From Octopus vulgaris (taxonomy: Eukaryota), in NCBI GenBank assembly GCA_951406725.2, contig OX597835.1, positions 3,038,001-3,102,000 on the forward strand: 64,000 nucleotides of DNA. The letters are read 5' to 3'. Shown here piece after piece: positions 1-13,512 of this stretch (its first letter is position 1; the number at the start of each line of letters is the position of its first letter). The notes below the pieces were generated by a model. It saw only the letters and a list, made by a program, of their open reading frames with translations, searched no databases and was not told where the DNA came from. The translations under genes and the position numbers were made by a program.

Positions 1-350
1 CAAACAAGCTAAATCACTTAAAAAGATTCTCACAAAGGCAAAATTGTTTTCTGAAATTACGGATGCAAAAGTAAAAAAATGTGGTAGACCAAACTGTGCA
101 ACATGCCCAAACCTTCTAGAAGGATCAGAATTCCTTTTCAAAGAGGGAAAAAAAATTCAAGATCAGATCTAATTTTACTTGTACTTCTGAAAACATAATT
201 TATGTCATAAGATGCTCGGGCTGCCACCAAAACTACGTGGGGTCCACGGGGCTATCACTCAGACGCCGCTGCACTCTGCATCGACAACAGATTGCATTCC
301 CAGAATACAGAATGATACCCTTTAGTGAGCATATTGAGAAATGCGCAAAG
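1..350 (+). mobile_element. Penelope-like (Neptune-type) retroelement fragment: Cys-rich linker plus GIY-YIG endonuclease, frameshifted
   Basis: Manual translation gives KQAKSLKKILTKAK..KCGRPNCATCPNL, a frameshift in the A-run near 148-155, then FKIRSNFTCTSENIIYVIRCSGCHQNYVGSTGLSLRRRCTLHRQQI..EHIEKC. This is the IIY..YVG..R..H GIY-YIG pattern. Confidence 0.85.
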
Positions 351-397
351 CAACTACTACCACAATGACTGAAACAAGTAAAAGAGAGAAAAAGAGA

Positions 398-437
<40 letters not shown>

Positions 438-1108
438 ATGTATTATACGTACATGCATACACATATATTTATACATATTCATATATGCATATATGTGTGT
501 ATATGCATGTATTATGCATGTATGAATATATGCATGCGTGTATGTACGTAAGAATGAATGCATGTATGTATGTATGTGTGTGTGTATGTATGTATGTATG
601 TATGTATGAAACATTCAAAATAGGATACGTAAAATAACTATTTTGCAAGAATTGTGTTATTTATTACACCCATTCCCTGTCTAATGGAAGTCGAAAGTCT
701 GCGGTTGTGCAATCATGTTTTTATAAAGACACAGTGATAATATTTCAAGTAGATATTGTCTTTACGTGACGACAAACAGACTTCCTTGGAAATGGAGTTT
801 TATATCTTCTCATTTTCCATTTATAAATTCTTAATGATTTCCATCATTTCCTATATATCAAGTCGGAAATAATTAAAATCTAGAAAAATTCTAATGCGTT
901 TGTGTGTATGTTTTTCTTTCTGCATGTAATTACACAAATGCTATCATCCAAGCACAAACAATCGCACACTAATTCACGAAAATACATATCTATGTACACG
1001 CAGGCGACATGTATGTGCAACCTACGCTCCACATTTATACATAGATATATATATACATGTATATACATTTACATATACATACATACATACATACATACAT
1101 ACATACAT

Positions 1109-1197
<89 letters not shown>

Positions 1198-2241
1198 CAC
1201 ACGCATGCATACATATGCACACACTCACACACAGATATGTATTCAGTGATACTTACGTTTGTATATATAGGCTTACGAAAATATAAATACATCGTATGAA
1301 GCACAGGCAGAAGCGATTTGTAAATGTATATGCATATATAAGTAGTGTACGAGTATGCATAATGTGTTTACATATACAGGTGTAGAAATTAATGTTGACA
1401 CACCTTCGCACACACACATACACACACACAGACATATAATATATAAATTTCTTTGCACATACTTCCAAGACTCTATTTATACACAACCGCTTATATGCAT
1501 GCAAATTTGTATATACACACATGTAAGCACATTGTACAAAATTGCATGTGTAGCAACAGATATGTCTGTCCACATAAACAAATATATATGTGCACTTACC
1601 ACATTCATACACATCAACAAATCTGAGAATCCAACGATTCAGTATTGAAAACAGTATGAAGACATAAATCTCAATATTATATTGTATTAACACCATTAAG
1701 ACTGACAGAATCTCTGCTTGCAATTCGATACTTGACACTTAAATGTCTTTCTAATCGACTATAATATCTGAAACTGTTAATTGTTATAGCGTTTCGTTCC
1801 GTTTATGGTCGTCTTCGTTTCAGGAAATTAGAATTAAATTTCTATGAAATTGAATTTCCTTATTTTACAGCTTTTAACCATTGGATTGTGATTATGCTGA
1901 GCTTCTGACTCCAAAGGATTTTACTCGAGGATATCTATATTTTGCACCTATAATATATAATCATATAATATATAATATATAATATATAATCAGAGAAGTA
2001 CCTAGTTCTAAAATCTCTAGACGAGATATAGGCAGGCAGATATTCATTACCGATGTCGGGTAAAGACCCAGAAACAATGATCTATTGGTGTTGCCAAGCT
2101 GGGGTGGGGAGTGATTCGTTTCCTTACTCACAATATCTCGAACATAGGTTTTTTGTCGTTAACCAGCTGGAAAATACGTTTTCCTGGGTTTAAGATTTAG
2201 TAACACAGTTCTGTATAGAACAAACATGTTATAGTGACAAG

Positions 2242-2272
<31 letters not shown>

Positions 2273-2439
2273 CCCACAGACAACTCAGATAGCCACTAAA
2301 TCCAAGAGCTCTATAGATTTAAACACGTGAGTGTGACCCTTCCTTTGTGACTTGTTTGAAAAATGCAAAGGAAAATGTTTTAATAAATCGTATATACATG
2401 CCTATGACAGGTTTCTCAAATACTGTAGAATGTTAGTTT

Positions 2440-2647
2440 CACATTTTGGCACAAGGCCAACAGGTCTGGGGGTGGAGTAAGTCAATCAGCTTAATCCCGG
2501 TGTTCAATTGGCACTTATTTTATCGACCCCCAAGAAAGATGAAAGCAGGGTCGACCACAGCTGGTTTTGAACACAGAATGTAAAGGCGGACAAAACGACG
2601 TTAAACATTTTCCCGGTGTGCTAACGATTCTGCCAGGTCACCGCCTT
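2440..2647 (-). mobile_element. tRNA-derived SINE, family B (Nin/Deu-like central domain), diverged
   Basis: Matches the copy at 29825-30055 (ttttatcgacccc..gatgaaag..gtcgacc..tgctaacgattctgcca..ccgcc). Confidence 0.7.
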
Positions 2648-3517
2648 ACTTTACTGTAATACGTTGATGACCCTTAAGTGATAATAGAACCCTAAGCCAA
2701 GATCGTTGATCAGCAGCAGTAGCGAACTCAGAACCACGTGATTACGAAGTCAACTTCTTAACGTCTGGAGTGGATAAAATGAAAGAAAGAATATAATAAA
2801 CACATATACAAAAGTGTTGAATGTCTGTGAGTCATGAAGAGGAGGATGTGTGGGGATTGACACCAAACGGCAGAGAATTTGGTAGGGCAGGAAGAATCTT
2901 ACTGGTGACGGTTTCCATTATTATAACCAATATTTCAAATGTAGTTGTTTCCAAGACTAGTTTCCTGATAGAAAAATTGACACGTCCATCTCATTAACGC
3001 AGAAAAGAATCGAAGTCGTTTTCAGTCTCTTTTTCATCCCCTCTCACTCCCTCTCCTTCACACACTCTTATTCTCTCTTCTATTCCATCTATTTGCCCCA
3101 CCCCCGCTTGCTACAATCTTAAAGTCTCAAACATAAAATTAGGAGAATAACATTTGCTCTTGAAGTGTAGAAACTATATTCTTTATAACGTTTATTATTA
3201 AATATTCTCTAAAGACATATTCTGTGTTCACTGTCATTCTTCAGTCTATTTCTTTAATGAGTATATGAAAGAACAAAACCAAATTTGGCCAAAAACAAAA
3301 TACGATAAAAATCTCAAAGCACACTTTTCGTAAGTTCAAAAGAAATTTGAGTATTTTTTTCTTCTGTTCATTTGTTTTAATATTTATATTTTATTTTTTT
3401 TATTTATTACCTTTCCTTTTTGTAGATTATAAGACAAAGTAAGAAATAATTTTAGAATTGACAGAAAGTTAGAATATCATGGAGAATTGTCAGGAGTCGT
3501 TATTTTTTTTCAATAAT

Positions 3518-3550
<33 letters not shown>

Positions 3551-3616
3551 AATAATAATAATAACATCACTGAAAATAATTACAAGACAAGAGCAATATA
3601 TATATATGTGTGTGCG

Positions 3617-3654
<38 letters not shown>

Positions 3655-3865
3655 ATACACAAGTGTGTATATAAATAGCATGCATACATACATTTACCCA
3701 CATAGGTTTGTGAATGTATATACACATAAATATACGAATATAAATTCATATATATGTATGTATATATATATAATTATATATATATATATATATATATGTA
3801 TATAAATATACATACATAAATACATACATGCATATAAATACATACGTACACTCACACACATATCC

Positions 3866-3907
<42 letters not shown>

Positions 3908-5172
3908 GCACATATTTATACGCGGGATGTGTGTGGTGTAGTTAAATATATAAAGGGCCATTAAAAAAATACCTAAAGGAATATGAACGCCCATTTCTAT
4001 ACATATGCCATGTGTGCATATATATGTACGTGCTTATGTTTTTGCGTCTAGCAAAGAAAACCTATCCAAAGATATTACATATGCATCAATGAAATTATAC
4101 TAACATCCTTTTACTGTTGTTTGATGTTTATGAAATTTTGGAGTTGCAAGATGGAATATCACGTTTTGGGGAGGTGGAGGAGACTTCACACTTTATGGCT
4201 TACAACTTGTAGATCCTTACAACTTGTAGATGCAGACGTTGTTGTTTTGGGTTGTAGTTTGTTTTTTCTTTTGTCTTGTTTTTTTTTCACATAAATCATC
4301 GCTTTTTCTCGTTAATGAATTTTGCTGTTGCTGTTGTATACTCAAGAGACCCATGATCAAAGCTGTTTTATCAATGTCCTTTCTATCTTTTCACTTAGGC
4401 AATGCATATTTCCAGCCACATTATCCAAGGTAATTTGAAATAATAAAAGAGTCAGGATTTTTTTATATACGAAAAACACCAGATGTTGGTTTGTTATAAT
4501 GAATTACTTTTGTGAGGAATTATATAAAATTCTCTGTCAATGGTGTCTGTAAACCGGTTTCAAATTGAGGCATTAAATATTTCTTTCAGTAATTACACGA
4601 AGGAAAATCAAATGGATTATAAACTTTTGTCACATATCCAGATATCTACGTTATCTAAAATATATGCATGGTTAATCCGACATTCATACTTGTTCATGTG
4701 CGTCTCCTGATGTGTTTATTCTGTATGAAAAGCATGCTGTCCAATTTTCCGACCTAGGCATTATGTACTCTTTGCCCCTCATCAGACTCTAACCACCCTA
4801 AAATCTTCCCGAGACGTAGCTACTCTTCCTGTGACTAAGCCGCAAAAATGTAATTTATATATATGAAGCTGAAGTTGTCTGTGTGTGTGTGTGGCAGGTT
4901 TGGTAGCCTCAAGTAACATTATCTCCTCCGAGAACCTGTGGCACAAGTTGACCAAAATTGAGAGTATGATAGAAGAAAGCTTGCTCTTCATTCCGTAGAA
5001 GAAAAAATTCAGATCGGACCATGTTAAGACCAAAAATTATTTACATCAACAGGGTGGGGTTTTTTCTATGAAAATCCCTATTTTTTTACGATTTTATGAC
5101 TGCTGTGTCGTCATTTTTCTGTGTATTTCAACCAGAAAAATGTTCACTTAAAGAGAATAACAAGCTACATAA

Positions 5173-5447
5173 TGCCTCTGATTTTCACCTCTTCCTAGCC
5201 ATGAAGTTGTTTTTGAAAGGAAAGCGTTTCCCAGATGATGCAGCCTTGATTTCTGAAGTCACGTCGTGGTTGGAGGACCAAGCTGGGGTCTTCTACAAAA
5301 ACGGTCTCCAGAGCTGCATCAAACGATGGAAGAAATGCGTAACTCTGGGTGGTTCCTATGTAGAAAAAGACTAATAACTGTGCCAAGTTTCGTTGCTCTA
5401 CTGCTATGGGAAGTGGGTCAGGGGCATTACTTATTGAACGCCCCTCG
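5173..5447 (+). mobile_element. mariner transposase C-terminus plus right TIR (relic)
   Basis: ASDFHLFLAMKLFLKGKRF..FYKNGLQSCIKRWKKCVTLGGSYVEKD; the end ttacttattgaacgcccctcg|TA is a mariner-type terminus. Confidence 0.85.
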
Positions 5448-5794
5448 TATTTACAATTGGTATTTTTGAAATTTGCATTGACTTTTTTCCATTATTACAT
5501 TCGCTAATTAAATACCCATAAATTTTCTGGATTTTTTTTTTCATTCTCGTAACAAAGAAGCTTTTAAAATGAAATATTGCTGACTCTTATATCTCGAGCA
5601 ATATATTTTAAAATGTTTCTGTGTTGCTTATAATGAAATTTGTATAAGATACAAATTGTTTTTATTTCCTCCTCCTTATAGACATGCTTTTAAAATGAAA
5701 GCATTTTCATCTGTTAGCAAAAAAAATAAATTAAAAACATAAGCGTTATTTAGTTCAGTCTTACAAGTAAATCATAATGCTTTTGTAAATTAGC

Positions 5795-6037
5795 GTGGCT
5801 TTTAAATAATACGTTTGCTTCCCAACTACATGGTTCTGAGTTCAGTCCCCCTGCGTGATACCTTAGTCTAGTGTCTTCCAGGACGACTTAAGTCTTGTGA
5901 GTGGATTTGGTAAATGGAAACTGAAATAACTCGTCGTATATTTGCATACATATATGAATTTGCGCGTGTGTGTGTGTGAGTTTGCGTTTTCACCCCACTA
6001 CTCCTTAACAGTTGGTGTTTATTTGCGCCTCAGTAAC
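5795..6037 (+). mobile_element. tRNA-derived SINE, family A (diverged 5' part)
   Basis: catggttctgagttcagtcccc..tgtgagtggatttggtaaatggaaactga, shared with the copies at 47870 and 54934. Confidence 0.75.
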
Positions 6038-6060
6038 ATATATATATGTGTGTGTGTGTG

Positions 6061-6102
<42 letters not shown>

Positions 6103-6438
6103 AAGATGCATGGTTCAGTGGTTAGAGCGTCGAGCTTACGATCATGAGGTTGTGAGCTCGAATCCCGGACCGGGCTGCGTGTTGTGTTCTTAAGCAAGAC
6201 ACTTTATTTCACGTTGCTCCAGTTCACTCAGCTGTAGAAATGAGTTGCGACGTCACTGGTGCCAAGCTGTATTGGCCTTTGCCCTTCCCTTGAATAACAC
6301 TGATAGCGTGGAGAGTGGGGAGGCTGATGTGCATGGGCAACTGATGGTCTTCCGTAAACAACCTTGCCCGAACTTGTGCCTGGGAGGGTAACTTCCTAGG
6401 TGCAATCCCACGGTCAGTCATGACTGAAGTGGGTCTCA
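6103..6438 (+). mobile_element. tRNA-derived SINE, family C (CORE-like body)
   Basis: A-box tggttcagtgg and B-box-like gctcgaatcc, followed by ttcttaagcaagacactttatttcacgttgctccagttcactcagctg; an inverted copy lies at 29495-29815. Confidence 0.8.
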
Positions 6439-6595
6439 GCATTATATGTATAAATGTTTATGCTTTCCCAAATAAAATAAAATTGCACTTTATATTTGAA
6501 GCGCCAATGAAGCTATAGATGATACACGAGCATTCAACTAAGAGTGCATTGCATCTTTTAACAGAATGAGCTGTAAACTAATAGAGGTCATGACT

Positions 6596-6652
<57 letters not shown>

Positions 6653-6655
6653 CGC

Positions 6656-6698
<43 letters not shown>

Positions 6699-7310
6699 AT
6701 TTTTTAATTCTGTAATTAGATTGTTTAATTATTACATTTTAATTATTCTAAATTTTTTATTTATTTCTAAATTTATTCTTTATGTAAATTTATCTTAATC
6801 ATTCAGAATCGTAATTAAAGTGATTTTTAAATATTTCTTCTTTTAAGGAATTGAATTTTTAAAAATGTTCATTAATTCAACCTGTCTTCTACTTATTTTA
6901 TATTCAGAATCAATACTCATCATATGGCATTTCCATCGTATCCTAAAAAAATTATCTACGAAGTAGCTTGCTTCTATATACATCGACTGTATATCTGAAT
7001 TGGCTAGTATTAGTTTAAACGAGGTAGGAATTTTTCCATAAACACTTCTCCAGTTGACAGGTAAGATTGAAGAAACTCAGTATCATATTACGATTCTAGC
7101 ATGATCAGGTAATTCCAATTCCTAAGTAGGTCTGCTTAAATATCACCCGACGTCTTATTCCGGTTAAATAATTTTAGTTTTACTTTTGTCTCCCTTCAAA
7201 TGTTCGCTGTTCCAAGCAGCGCGCAAAACTGTTTAAACATTGTCTTTCTCTCCTCTTTTGTGTTTATGTGTGTGTGTCTGTGTCTGCCTGTGTCTGTGTG
7301 TTTGCGTGTG

Positions 7311-7346
<36 letters not shown>

Positions 7347-7380
7347 CATACATACATACATTCATACATACATACATACA

Positions 7381-7411
<31 letters not shown>

Positions 7412-7465
7412 TCAGATAAATATATATGCTAACAACATCACAGGATTGCAATAATAATAATGATC

Positions 7466-7502
<37 letters not shown>

Positions 7503-7504
<2 letters not shown>

Positions 7505-7668
7505 GAATATCTACAGACTTAGACTCCTTAGAAGAGCAAAAGTGGGAGGGTATCAAGGTAGAGTATGTAAGATCTGCTCTCAAAAAGTCAAGCAAACGGA
7601 AGCCTCCGGGAAAGGAGGCTAACTTCTGGTTGAACGCCTTCCCAGAGAGCCATGAACTGCTAACAACA
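7503..7668 (+). mobile_element. R4/Dong-like non-LTR retrotransposon internal fragment (start of RT) directly after (TAA)n
   Basis: EQKWEGIKVEYVRSALKKSSKRKPPG..NFWLNAFPESHELL resembles the RT domain-0 pattern ALK..NWK.PG.D...NFWL. Confidence 0.7.
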
Positions 7669-7684
7669 CTTTGCGTGTGTGTCT

Positions 7685-7769
<85 letters not shown>

Positions 7770-8485
7770 GGGTGAGATACACACATGCATACATACGTGC
7801 AGATGTAAACGAGTGTAAATATACGTGCTTATGCGTATATATTTATATGTGTACCAGAGATTTTTTTCTTTTACGCGTGTTGGGATTTGACTATGAGCAA
7901 CAGCTTAAATCGTAGCAAACTTTTCACGAATATAGAAGTTAGAGTAGAAATTTGGCCAAAAAGGACTTAAAAAGAGCAAAATAGTAATTAAATTCGTTGC
8001 AATATTTTTCTCCTCTCTATCGGTTTGTATTTTACTAACTTCGTTGTTTTTTTGTTTTTTTCTCAGTGATAATATTCAAATTTCTTCAGATAATTTCTTT
8101 ACTAAAAGATATTCTGAAAACCTAATTTTTCACCTACGACTTCTTTATTGTTCTCCTAGAAACCTTCAGGCAAAAACGGAACCAAAAATGCAAACGATTC
8201 AACGCTGACAAAAGTCGAACTTTTGTGCTGTGTTGAACGTTTCTATTTGCAAATGACAAGTGAGAAACGGCAATTCTAAATAAACAAACTCACCATTGTC
8301 TATATTGAGCATCAGCTGAACATCTGAACAAAATAAAACAGTTTGGAATACTAATATCTAAGGACAAACAATATGCAAACATATAAACAGAAATAAAAAG
8401 AAAACCAACAAATAAAAAATAATAATAAAAAACTAAAAAGGAGTAAAATAACAGCACATTTGTACTAACTAAGAATATTAGTAAT

Positions 8486-8529
<44 letters not shown>

Positions 8530-8750
8530 CCTCTCTCACCCCTCTTACAATATGCAGGTACTCAGACATACAGAGAGATTCTTCCCCACCCATACATCTA
8601 CGATTATATTTGATGTGTACATATATATATATATGTGCATATGTGTGTCTGTTCGTGTGATGTATGTATCTATCCATGTGTATATATTTGCATTCCTATG
8701 TAGTAGCTACTTACTTTTATTCATATATATATATATATATATATTCTAGC

Positions 8751-8798
8751 AAAAACTGTCCGATGAACGGCAACGTGAAACTCAGAGTAACAGGTTTT
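8751..8798 (+). ncRNA. minimal type-I hammerhead ribozyme (U4C core variant)
   Basis: ctgt-CCGATGA-acg(gcaa)cgt-GAAA-ctcagag-TA-acag. Stems I, II and III all pair; cleavage triplet GUA. Confidence 0.75.
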
Positions 8799-8895
8799 GT
8801 TGAATTTTCTGCTGCTTTAACTAAAGCATATTACCCTACCACTGGTATTTGAGTACTCTTTTTTCCACCTTGTTTCACATTTATGTGTTTACTCC

Positions 8896-8949
<54 letters not shown>

Positions 8950-8950
<1 letters not shown>

Positions 8951-9184
8951 GGGGTTGGCCCCAAAAAAGTCACCCAACGGTAAATCAAAATTACTTAAAT
9001 ACTATCTGTAATTCTGTAATGACTCGAATGGAAAAATATGCCGCTCAGGAAGGACTTCAGTTTGAACTATTTTCATGATGTTTCATATTTGATTGCTTTT
9101 ATTAAACCCATTCAGTTGTTAAACATAAATAAATCTTGGAAATAAATGGTTTTGATTTAATACCAGGTGACTTTTGGTCAACCT

Positions 9185-9186
<2 letters not shown>
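8950..9186. mobile_element. Tc1/mariner-type MITE inserted in (TA)n
   Basis: TIRs cggggttggccccaaaaaagtcacc / ggtgacttttggtcaaccttg, flanked by TA on both sides. Confidence 0.75.
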
Positions 9187-9265
<79 letters not shown>

Positions 9266-9699
9266 ATAATAGAAATATTAAAATTACTAAGTCTCTCTAA
9301 AGGAGATTACGGCAGCGTTACTGGAAATTAATAGTTATCGCCATACTTATATGGCTGTCTTATAAATATAAGACTAAAGCTGTCGCTGATTAGCTCCAAG
9401 AGGCCACCGCCTCAAGCTAGCTATTTGACACACAACCTGCGTCCATTATAAACCTTCGAACAGGGGATATGTATATACTTATGTATTTATGTATTTACGT
9501 ATGCTATAATTTATATGAATCCGATAAAAACAAAGTAGTAAAAACAATATAGTAAAATAATGATTCAGACAGAATCAGGACTTGAAAAGATTGGCACCAG
9601 GTAGGTTTGGATAAACCTGTGGTTCCAGCTTATGGTTGGTATCAAATAGGATATTCCGGTTGTGTACTCAGAGAAAACCAACCCTATGGGTATTTAACA

Positions 9700-9990
9700 C
9701 CTAGGGGCTGGTCCAAAGCAGTCATTACATTGAATTGTACATTTTTGGTATACTCTAGGGTGTCCAACAAGTTGTAAATCCCCTTGGTGTATTATAATCC
9801 AATGAATAATAACAGACGATGGATAATTGTCAGCTCATTACAACTGTTTCTTATGCACCTTTTTAATAGAAGAATGAGAACATTACTCCGTTACAAAAAT
9901 CCGTAATCATTAGATGAGAAGTAATTTTACAAACAAAAGAATATACCAAGAATACAGTAGAGGTTTGACTGAAGTCTGTCGAGGCCAACA
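9700..9990 (-). mobile_element. dispersed repeat (probable Penelope-like terminal repeat), same family as 60558-61225
   Basis: Reverse complement aligns by eye with 60960-61225 over about 260 bp. Confidence 0.7.
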
Positions 9991-11384
9991 TTTCATAGTT
10001 GGCCTTTCAATATGGCAATAGTGGATGAACTTTTGTTTTCTCACTATGTTCAGGACATGTCGTCTTTTACCTACTTGTGGTAACACCCAATCATTTGTCA
10101 ATCACGTTGTATAACTTCAGGAATATTAATAATGAGAAATAAGAAGTGGTTTTATCAATCAATTTTGGGTATATATAATCACAAACGTAATTTCATGTAT
10201 ATATGATTACGTATAAACATGACCACGTGGACATATATATACATATATGTATATAGTCACAATTAGTGACGCCTAAGTTTGGTTTTACGTATTATGTTGC
10301 ACCCATATATTTCTTTACATGACCGTCTCTCAATTGACGAATCTAATTAAATACGCTTGTATACGTATATCAGTTCGTATTGTATAGTATGTTTGCATTC
10401 ACGTAACAGATTAGGTTATATACTGTACTTACTTAAAGGTAATGTAAACTTAACCGTCATGTAAATCCCACGTTTATAAATCAACTTTAACAACTTTTAA
10501 ACAGAAAAAGCGTTATTAACAATTACACAAAATATGAACAATGCATCAGAGAAAAGAAAATAATCCATATATTATACGGTTCAACTATGTTTTTATTCCA
10601 TTTTTCTATCATTATATAAAATATCTTCAAGATTCATTTTTAAAATATAGTTGTTTATTTTATTTTCACCCGTTGTTATATCAAACAAAGGCAGAAAATT
10701 TACAAACTACAATGAATTAAAGGACAAAAAAGAAAACGTGGAGATTTGAATGTTTTTTTAAACTACCATTAAATTCGAAAATTTGAACAGAAAATTCACT
10801 TAACAAATAGCAAAATACAATGTGACAAAGACAAATTCTTCTGCTGTCTACAAAAGTGAAGAAATATGTGTCACTTCCAACGCATTTGTTCAAATTCTGT
10901 TTATATTCTTGATATTTTATTTTATCTTTTAATTCATATAATATAACCATTCATTCAGTTTCGTGTCTTTTAATTCATTTCTAACGCTGACAAAAGACCA
11001 CATTTCTTAGAAACAGTTTCGATTCTATAGGTTTCGGTTCATGACTGGTCAACTTTGCCTCCCATCCTGTGGGCTCGATAAAAAAAAATTACCCGTTCGT
11101 GGTAGTGGATGGGCGAAGCTCTTAGAGCAGGGAACCAGGTGTCTTTGGGTATCTATTCCGGCTCTGCACACCCTCTTCTCCAAATCGCGTCCTTTCTCGC
11201 AGGAGTTGCCACAGTCAGATAGTATCAGAAACTTGAAAAGCTAATGGCAACATCGTTTCCTTCTTAGTTCAATGGGGAAATCAGCCCTCACGGCCCATGA
11301 AGGGCTCATATTTTATTTTATCGATCAACACTCGCAGAATGATGAAAAGTAAAGTTGACATTTTAAAAAATCTTTTCTGTTTTT

Positions 11385-11584
11385 TACTCTTTTTTACTTG
11401 TTTCAGCCATTTAACTGTGGCCATGCTGGAGCACTGCCTTTAGTCGAGTAAATCGACACCAGGACTTAGTCTTTGTAGGCTTAGTACTTATTCTATCGGT
11501 CTCTTAAGCCGAACCGCTAAGTTACGAGGACGTAAACACACCAGCATCGGTTGTCAAGCGATGTTGGAGGGACAAACACAGACA

Positions 11585-11666
<82 letters not shown>

Positions 11667-11749
11667 TACGACGGGCTTCTTTCAGTTTCCGTCTACCAAA
11701 TCCACTCACAAGGCTTTGGTCGACCCGAGATTATAGTAGAAGACACTTT
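11385..11749 (-). mobile_element. SINE family A, 5'-truncated
   Basis: tttacttgtttcagccatt..ggccatgctggagcac..tttcagtttccgtctaccaaatccactcacaaggc, with an internal CA/TA tract. Confidence 0.85.
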
Positions 11750-12244
11750 CCATGTACGAAAATCCAATTCTTTACATGCAACACCGTACGTATTGCGCGT
11801 CTTGTTAGTCCACTTTCACGAGCTGCTTGACACTTTGATTTTTGCGGGCTGCCATTAAACATTTCCTGCACTGTTGCCACGCTTTTCACTGATCGCGATG
11901 TGGTTGGACGGCCATTTCTTCTTGCATCGTTCACAGTGACCGTGGTCATCAGCTTTGCATGACAAATTTTTATTGTCTCCGGACTTAGTGTTGCATGCTT
12001 ACCTTTCCGTTCAGGCCTCCATCGCTGAACCAAAAACAATAGAATTCCACACTTCATAGCGCGCTACTATATTAACTCGCTCCTGAACAGTCAGGTGACC
12101 GGCCATCTAAGATATAAGACAATGAGAAAATAAAACATCGCCATTAATGTCGTCTGTTTAAAAAATTGTTTTCGTCGTGACTTCAGTGATAGTAAAAAAT
12201 TTTTCTAAGCAATCTTAATACTCAGTTACTTTCTACCGACTCTG
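11750..12244 (-). mobile_element. Tc1/mariner-superfamily (Tc3-like) element: left end plus transposase N-terminal HTH
   Basis: ETIKICHAKLMTTVTVNDARRNGRPTTSRS..VQEMFNGSPQKSKCQAARESGLTRRAIRTVL; terminus TA|CAGAGTCGGTAGAAAG on the minus strand. Confidence 0.75.
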
Positions 12245-12656
12245 TACATTCTAGATGGAAACCTTCAAATTCAAGCACTCGTTGCTCTGACGATGTGACA
12301 ACTGACCAGAACTGCCATTCTGAAACAATCAAGCTAAAGGCCAAACACTCTCACCGTCCTGTAAGTGGTACGGAGAGTAGAAGGATAAAAGAATCAACCC
12401 AGGCACAAATACCGTGCATGAGACTGCAGATAGTTTCTTACCAAATTGAGCCAAGTGTCAGAGAACTCCCACGTCCCAATTCGCCAGACGAATCTCCAGC
12501 CATTCTTAACACTTCTTGCTCCTAGATCCAGATCATCCTGGGCACCAGGGGTGGGGGACGACCTTACACAAGTTCTCGCCCTTTAAAATTGGGTTATGTG
12601 CTATACGTACCTGTGGACCCAACACGACGCAAGGTACTAGGAATCACAATCAGATA

Positions 12657-12711
12657 CAGTGACCCCTCGCTACTTCACGGTTCAACAATCGCGGATTCAA
12701 GACTTCGCGGA

Positions 12712-12784
<73 letters not shown>

Positions 12785-13193
12785 CGCCTAAAATTTTTTT
12801 GTTAAATCCATTAAAATATTAATAATAAATATTATTTCCTAGTCTACGAACAAAACAAGCATAAAATAGCAAAAAAGCATATACAGGGGTATTTGAACTT
12901 AAGATGAGCTGTGATTGGTGCAATGGACGAATCACAGCTTTGTATTTTGTAATCTGGCCTGTGAAACATTAACAATCTTTATTTTTTAAAAATCTAAAGT
13001 GTTATTGCTTAACAGTTGTCCTTGTTATTAATAGACTACTGTAATGGGTGGGTTGTTAACAGTACAGGAAGGGTTTTAAAAGTCCAAATACACGTTAAAT
13101 AAATACTGTAAATATGGTGTCCCTACTTCGCGGAAATTCAGTTATAGCGGCCGGTCACGGAACCAATCTACCGCGATAAACGAGGGATCACTG
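12657..13193. mobile_element. Tigger/pogo-like MITE
   Basis: TIRs TA|CAGTGACCCCTCG...CGAGGGATCACTG|TA; subterminal cttcgcgga motifs. Confidence 0.85.
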
Positions 13194-13431
13194 TAGCAGA
13201 ACTTGCGATATGAATGTTGCGACATTATAGCTGTGCCAATGGACAGTTAACTTACCTTACGTTCCTCGATTACAAGAAGACGAACAATTGGAGGAAACAG
13301 TTATTATTCACACAGGCGCGCGCACACATGCACATATACAAACAAACACACACACACAGCTACGCAGCAAACACTACTCCCTTAATCAGTGAAGCACCTC
13401 GCAGCCAAAGTTATCGAATTCTTCTGTATGT

Positions 13432-13509
<78 letters not shown>

Positions 13510-13512
<3 letters not shown>

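Noticed and set aside
2048-2085. CCGATGT-gggt/accc-GAAAC hammerhead-like motif (similar weak cases at 17872, 18976 and 23200 minus)
   Set aside because: Core mismatches and no convincing stem I or III.
12260-13290. Possible old LINE fragment split by the Tigger-like MITE
   Set aside because: I could not find a diagnostic protein motif, so it is left unannotated.
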